A stretch of DNA of 64,000 bases, from NCBI GenBank assembly GCA_964187785.1, contig OZ076418.1, positions 41,478,001-41,542,000 of the forward strand, given 5' to 3'. Numbering within the stretch: position 1 is the first letter of the stretch; every line of letters starts with the position of its first letter. Made by a program: the position numbers and the translations under genes. The DNA is from Amphiscolops sp. MND2022 (lineage: Eukaryota). Of this stretch, positions 57,210 through 64,000 are shown one piece after another. The notes beneath the pieces are model-generated. The model saw only the letters and a list, made by a program, of their open reading frames with translations, did not search any database and was not told the DNA's origin.

Positions 57210-58933
57210 TTTTTTTCTCTATCAGATATCACGGATATTCGTCATCAATAGGGCAACCATAACTGCTATTACTGCTATTCGGTCAATTTTGTCAATTTCA
57301 TCACGTAACTGTTATAAATGCTATTTCTGCTATTTTAAGGTCAATTTTGGGCAATTCTCAGAACTGTCGTAATAACTAATACTTTTAATATTCTTTTCAG
57401 ATATTTCTGAGAAGTACAAGTGCCACTAAGCAGCGTGTTTGAAAATATACGGAAGTGGCATGCCTCGCGCTAAGCTTACATAACGCGAGAAGGCTTTCCA
57501 AGTGAAAACCAAGTATCCTAAGGAGTTCAAAGTATTGGAGAATGGAGAGTTACTATGTCAGTTGTGTTCCGTGAAAGTGAACTGCGAAACAACGTACAAC
57601 GTTGAACATCATCGCAGCACTGAACAACATAAAAGAAAACAACAACAACTGCAATGGACTTCTGGGTCTGCCATTCAGACAATTTTATCTCAAGGCGTTG
57701 ATCATTTTAAGGCCGGGATGCTCAATTTACAAATAAATAACAAAAATTAATTCACGAAAAGTTTACGAAAAGCTAGCATGATTGAGCATCCCTGTGTCCA
57801 GGAGACCGTGGTTGAAGTCATACAAACTACGACACCCCAGCCTAAAGAAACTGGCAGATATTTGTAACCGCGCGATGCCGTCAGAATCATTCGGGAAAAA
57901 TTTGGTCAGCAAGTTTGCGGATACGAAAGTGGAAACAATCAAGAATAAAATCGGAGATTCTCCTTATCATTTAATCGCCGGTGAGAGCACTTGTAAGAAA
58001 TGCAAATATGTTCTCGTAATAATCGGTGACCTCAACACTCCCGACATTAACTACGTGGGATGCTGCAAAGTGGTACAAACTGCAGATTTGTCCTCCGTAC
58101 TTATTGCTATCGACGACTTCATCAAAAGCATTCGGCTCGAAAGGGAGAAGTTTATACTGTTCATTTCGGACGCTGCCTCAAATATGGTCAACTGCGCCGA
58201 ATCGCTGAAACTCTTATATCCGAAAAAGCGACATGTTACATGCCTATCCCACCTTTTGCATAATTGTGCCGAAAAGGTCAGAAGCTCCTTTCCGGCCGTT
58301 GATAAGCTGATTGCCTCCGTGAAGGTAGCGGCGATGAAGGACGAAAATGACAACCTCAGGAATATAGCCTCTTGCAAAAAGCTCCGCCCACTGGCGCGGA
58401 TGTCTAGCGGGCCATTTCAGCACTAAATTCCATGCTGGAGGACAACCGCAACTTTGGTGAAAGTCATGTTAAAAATTATTTCTTCTGCTACGCAAATAAT
58501 AACGCTTGATTATTACAGTTTTAAACATTGAAAATGTTTTCGTGTCTCCTTTGAAGAATTTTAATGTCAATTTTAAAGTCAATTTCAGGCAATTTCAAGG
58601 TCAATTCGATGGCGCTATAAATGCGTTTTTAAAGTCAATTTTGTGGTTGCCCTAGTCATCAATCAAGTGCCATGGGTATCATCATGTTGGGGGGAGAAGA
58701 CACACACCCGTGGTCTGCAACGAAAGTAGGGAACCCCATACCAGCCACTATCCCAGGAGACCAGTAACAAAAAAAAACAATCAACAAACTACTCAAAACA
58801 GTCACTATCCCAGTCGACAGGTAGAAAATTTATTTAAAGCTGCAATGGTGTAGAAGAAGTTTAAGAAAAGAAACTATATGTAATAAATTTCTTCGAATGC
58901 ATCTCTGTCACTCACAGTTTCTACAAGACAGGC
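57210..58933 (-). mobile_element. 5'-truncated 3' end of a second CRE copy, split by a hAT insertion
   Basis: 58933-58655 is the inverted homolog of 56530-56815. The tail GATATCTGAT.GAG.A7 resumes at 57240-57210 beyond the hAT element. Confidence 0.75.
57249..58654 (+). mobile_element. hAT-superfamily DNA transposon (CGGBP1-like/DUF659-type transposase, defective)
   Basis: Perfect 11-bp TIR TAGGGCAACCA/TGGTTGCCCTA and 8-bp TSD GTCATCAA. ORF pieces have CQLC...HRSTEQH zinc finger, ISDAASNM and CLSHLLH. Confidence 0.88.
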
Positions 58934-59255
58934 TGTCGGAACGACTGTTGGTATTGGTAGTAACCGCATTAAGTCTGTTCCCTTCTCCATTAACGGAGGC
59001 TAACTGATTAGTTAAACTAAGTACAATGTCCGTAAGGTCTCCGATTTGTCTATTTATTTCGTTAAACCGATAATCTATGTCATAGTTATTGTTATTCTGA
59101 CGCCTGGTTAATACGTCCTCAGAGTCAAGGTCAGCAATTTGATCTCTCGATAAGACATCAGGGAAACTAGTTTCGTTTTCACTATCGCTTGACCTGTCCA
59201 TAATTCCGTTTTCTGTCTGTCTATTTTGATTACTTTGGAATCTGGTAGTTACCAT
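58934..59255 (-). pseudogene. Gag-like 5' stub of an LTR retrotransposon
   Basis: MVTTRFQ... coiled-coil ORF starting at a PBS-like TGG, cut off by the CRE fragment at ...RSD. Confidence 0.45.
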
Positions 59256-60071
59256 AAAGAGGTTGGAGACTATAAGTTTGAATTGAAGTGTGTTAGGTTT
59301 AAGTAAGAATTGGTGATTTCAAGATACGGTAGTAAGCAACTTGTCTCGTCAGAAGTTACAATTCGTGTGTTTTCGGTATTGCCCGATTGAGTAATTATAA
59401 AAGTGTGTTAGCACCTTCCCTTTTAGCCAATGACGTTCAATCTACTAATTGTTGTTTAATTGCACTTGACGACTGCAACTACCAGTCGTCGCGGGTGATA
59501 ATAGGTGTTTAATTACTCTTGCTTGATGTAGTATGACCGCAAGCACCAGTCATTTCCGTGTTCGATTAACTCAATTACCTCTTAAACTGAGGCTTTACTA
59601 CCGTGTATCCTTATCATCATAGTGACTGCTTTAAATATCGTTTTGAAGTAATTTACTAATGGATACTGCACTAATTACTGATATAAATAGACGAAATGTT
59701 GTGAAATGATTGAGTATTCTAGTAATACTTTACATGTAATATAAAAAGTGTAAAAAACAATGGTTAAATGATGCACTATCACGATAGCTGATGACTGATT
59801 GTTTCAGTCGTACATGTATAAATCATCTGCAATGACTGGATATTCCAGTCCTGGTTTTTAAACAATGCACAATAACATGGATGGATGTTTAAACGATGCA
59901 CAATAACATGAATGGATGATTGTTGGTTTCAGTCGTTATGTGTTCAACTGTATTGTTCGGCAATTAAATTACTGTAATGTATTTACATGATGATTTGTAT
60001 TTTAGGGAGTTTGATGTATGAATTGGTATTTTAGGGTTCATTTATTTCCTTCATGCTTGGCAGGCATGACA
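59255..60071 (-). mobile_element. Probable LTR (~817 bp)
   Basis: Minus strand: polypurine tract AAAAAGGGGGGAA (60084-60072), then TGTCATG...; ends ...TA immediately before TGGTAACTACC (PBS-like). Confidence 0.55.
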
Positions 60072-60879
60072 TTCCCCCCTTTTTGAGAGAGAGCGAGCTG
60101 TAGGGGTAATGGGAAAGGTGAACGACTGAGTTGAGTGGTAGTAGGTGGTTGAGTTTAGAATTGAACAGCGGCTGAAGTGGCGTGCGAGGTATGGAAGAAC
60201 GTGTGGGTGGCAATGTAGTGGCTGAGACTTTCGGAAGCATGAATGGACAAGGTGAGGTAGGCAAACAGTGGGTAGTCGGAAGTTGAAGTTTATTTATAGT
60301 AACAGTTTGACAGCCACGTCATCCGTTTAGTGCGCATAGAGTGTAATGTTTGTTTAAGCAACTTTTCATCGATCATCGGCAGTTGATTGATTTGTTGCGT
60401 TGTTGTAGAGTGAGTCAGTTGCTTGCTTTATTGCTTTTAAAATTGAATTTGGTCCTGTTTATACTTGTCCTTATCCATCTTCGTTTTGTCAACCGTTGGT
60501 GTTGCTCATTCTTCCACAATAATAAAGGTAGTGCGATTTTTGTTTTTCCCAGTTAGTCCTGTATTTTCCGGGTATCGATTAGGCGGTTAACTCGGGAGGG
60601 AATATATGTACTGTTATGGCTAGGGAAAACTTGACTGCGTTCTCTCTGCTGATTAGCATTTGATATCCTGTGGGTGGAGTCGTGAATATGATTCCGCGAA
60701 TGTCCGGTAATTACTTGGGTAGACCGTTTGATAGGGTGGGTTAGGTGTCCATTATATATTGATATAGGTGATCAGTCTATAACAATAAGAAATGGAAGAA
60801 TGAGCTGTTGCAGTCGAGTCGCCGTCGCCATTTTATTGTTATCCCCGATCGTGTCGTGTGTTACCTTATCGCTCCGACA

Positions 60880-63800
60880 ATGTCCGATGAAGAAGGAGTT
60901 TTATCCTTTAGTGGTGAGCTCTCTGCATTAGTTGCTGAAGTCGAGCACCAAATGGCTGCAGGTAATCCCCCGTTAGATGAGAGTGGGAGTGGACTGGATT
61001 TATCTGCAGTGCTGATGGAGAACAATCAGTGTTGCCAGTTCGCTGCGCGGGTTTCTGCGTCAAACGTTGGGGATCTGGGTTGCTTGTTGGATGTCGTGCT
61101 TTCCCAGGAATTTGGTAAGTACTGGTTTTACATTTACTTTCTCCATAAGAGCTAGGCCTGAGTTATTCTGTCGTGGGGTTGCGTTCCGTGGATGCTGATC
61201 CCAGAACAACTGGAGCGTCTATGTCATCTCTGTTGTTGAGACTGTTCAATATTTTTGTAGCTGATGTCAACATGACCGAGTTAGTCTCCTACTTGCGTCA
61301 GTTTCGATCTTCCGTGGCTACTGGGTCCTCCGGGAGTGCTGATTTGGATTCTGCTCCCATCTTGCGTCGTTTGGATGCTTTCCTCTCTTCGCATCTCGGT
61401 GGGTGCATTTGCGTTTACTGTTAAGCTAAGTTATATGTTGGGGGGGTCTTCTTCCATACCAGCGCCTGCAGTTTACGGTTGCTGTTCTCTACTCAGTTGA
61501 TGATAGGCGTCTTCGTTCGTTCGGTTCTAAGTAGGTGCTGAAAATTGTTGGTTGCTTTGTAGATGCCAACGTTCGGGCTGACGTCATTGTGGGCCAGTTC
61601 ACGGAGTTGTTCCAACGTGTGGAACGAGAAATTCAACAGTGGGTCAAGGCAGCTGTTGAATCAAGCCTTGGCAAGCTAGGAACGGTGGGTGCTCTCGCCG
61701 TTGAGGAGTTCCTTGGAAAACTGAAGGGGGCACTGCAGGAACTCGGTCAATCGTCATTCTCTTCTTGTGTGGGTGATGTTCTTCCGCGCTCGTCATCTGT
61801 CGCTGGCAGTGTAGCTGGATTTGAGAGTCGCCGGACATGTGTGGACTCGGACGTGCCGCCATCAGACTTCGGTGAACGGAGTGTGGCTCCATCTGGTGCT
61901 CCATCTTCCTCTGGCGTTGCGACGACTTCAAAACCTGGTAATGAATCTCACAAGATCATGCGAGGGGGTTTTAGTAGTAATTTGGGGGGGGGGGTTGGTA
62001 GTTAACTAAGGACTAAGTACAAACACAGTTTTTTTTGTTTTTTTTTTGGAGTTTTTGTAAGTTTCTAACGGGTGTTATTGATGTTATTTCAATTGGTATT
62101 TCTTGTATGTACAGGGCGAAAACGTGCGATCAAGACGCTAAAGCCGTCCTTTTTTGTCTCCGGCGTCGTGGGGACCTTTGTTGGTTTCCCAAGACACAAG
62201 CGCGTCATCGATGGCTATGCTAGATGTCGTTTGTGCCGGGTAGACCTCAGCATTGCGGGACGTGGGCTCCACAACTTGTGGGACCACTGGAAGGGGCGAG
62301 AGCACACTCGCCTCGAGCAGCGCTTTCGTATCATGTCCAATAGGCCCCTGTTGGACAAGTCGTGCAGGCCTGTTTCAGTAGAGGAGGACCGGAGGATCCG
62401 GGCAGAAAGAATGTCGGAGCCCCCTGTCATTCTGGAGTCCGAGTTTAGATTGACCGTTGAGGAGCGCGTGGCCATCGAGATCGAGGAGGAGGCTGCTGGC
62501 GCAAAACCGAAATTGGCTGAGACGAGTGCAGCATACCTTTGGCTATGCTGCTTCATTAATGGTTTTGTGGAGTTGCGTGACTTTGCCAGTGTGACCCGCT
62601 TCGTCGAGTCATGGTCAGGCAGTATGCGGGGTGAAGTCGAGTTTGCTGAGCGTGCACTGTCATACCCTAAGTGTCAGGTAATACCTTTTCTTTGTTGTTG
62701 TCTTGCGTTTCTTCTACAGCTAGGTGTTGTGTTGTATTTTGCTTGTTTGTGTGTTGTTGTTGGATGGTTGCGTGATTGATAGGGTGTATCATTGTTGTTT
62801 TTTGTTTTAGAGTCTTGTCTTGTACGGATTATATCCGTTTGTGGTTGAGAAGCTTGGTGACCTGCTGTCCTCAGGGGTGCGCTTTGGGCTACATGTCCAC
62901 GTCGATGGGGCTATGCGGAGGCTGGATTGCCATATTTTTGATGGACTGTCAGTGAAAGTTGTTGTGCTGGCCGTGATCCCGGGCGGGAGCGAGTGGGAAC
63001 GATCCCTTCTCAAGGTCGTGATGTCTCTGCTGTCTTGTGTGGAGTCATACCGAGGTCTAGCTGCAGTGAGTGTGGGCGGGAATCTACGTTTGGGACGTGC
63101 CCTTGCCAGTGTTGCGCATCCAGCTATGCCTCTTGTCACCCGTCGTTTCGATGCTGAGTGGCTCACAGATCTGTTGCGTCGAAAATTCATTGAGGAATCG
63201 AGTGGGCTGGAACCATTCAGCATTCTAGAATACTTTCGTTTTCGATTGGCAGCGGTGATTGAAGACTCGGCCTTCGATAATATGCCTGGACTACGCGAGG
63301 TTGGTTCATTTTGCTTTATGTTATGTTGGTTGGTCTGCTTCTTTCTTGTAGGAGGGGGGGGGTCGAAGGTGGAGGTCTACTTTGCTTTTTCATGGCTTGA
63401 GTAATTAGTGGTGTGTTGTTTCTTGCTGTGTGGTTTATTGGTTTAATTTTCCTGATATCACTGTTTTAGTTCGTGCGTGGTGGCGTCAATCAGTTTCGGG
63501 AGTTGTCTACACTGAGTGCGGAGTTGGTCGAGCGGTGGGATGACCTGGGGGCGTACTTTGGGGTCCATCGGGCGAACACTAGTGCTGAGACGTCGAACAT
63601 TGCGAGCATGGAAACCCAGGTTTTCAATGACGCTATGACGCGACCCCGCTTTGCTGTCCTGAAGTTTCTAGCGGAGACTGGCTAGTATTGATGTTTATTC
63701 GTTCTTGTTTTTGGTTGTTTCTGTGAGGGTTCTTGTGTGTCCTTTGTTCATTTCGGTCTTGGCATCCTGGTTCTTACGTGGGTGTGTGTGAGTTGTCGGC

Positions 63801-64000
63801 ACGTTGGTTGATAATCGATTTTGTGTTTTAGTTGTAGCGAAGTGCCCTCGGCTGTGCAGCAGTGGCAGGGACCGTAATCTCTGGTTCGAGAGAGAGCTGG
63901 CAGCCTTTTTGCGTGTTTTGTTGTCAATGGTGGTCAATCCCGAGACGATCCCGCCAGAGTTCGAGGTCTTGGCTGTCCTGAAGCTGAAGATCAGTGAGAG
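60880..64000 (+). CDS. Multi-exon hAT-transposase-like gene, 3'-partial (exons 60880-61114, 61261-61398, 61563-61937, 62115-62677, 62811-63299, 63470-63680, 63832->64000)
   Basis: Six consecutive phase-compatible introns (five GT-AG, one GC-AG). C-x2-C-x17-H-x5-H finger (CRLC...HWKGREH), FGLHVHVD, ERWDDLGAYF and LAAFLRVLL patterns resemble hAT-family proteins. Confidence 0.6.

Overview
AT-rich, intron-containing eukaryotic (animal) DNA made mostly of mobile elements, with a few host genes. An invertebrate such as an acoel is a low-confidence guess from composition and short introns. (1) 1-6442 is the right part of a Polinton/Maverick (adintovirus-like) element: C-terminus of the major capsid protein, an adenain protease, and a protein-primed DNA polymerase B. 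That polymerase reconstructs as a 4-exon gene with three phase-1 GT-AG introns. (2) 14315-28981 is a second, distinct Polinton with ~252-bp TIRs and an AGAATT target-site duplication. It has an intact intronless pPolB, but no recognisable capsid, ATPase, protease or integrase genes. Instead it carries repeat arrays, two copies of a long hairpin, a pPolB relic and a spliced orphan gene. (3) 29495-37315 is a 5-exon PRDM9-like gene (zinc knuckle, PR/SET, post-SET finger, homogeneous C2H2 array). Its last intron looks like a TSD-flanked insertion. (4) A retinol-saturase (RETSAT)-like cluster: a truncated copy at 7-10.8 kb, and a 4-kb tandem duplication whose two 5' cassettes have only one terminal exon available, reached through a GC donor. 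(5) 48-64 kb is a nest of L2/CR1-type LINE, Mutator-like MITEs, CRE-clade retrotransposons, a hAT element, an LTR fragment and an intact multi-exon hAT-transposase-like gene running off the window end. All gene models were built by eye from splice signals and frame continuity; no database searches were run.
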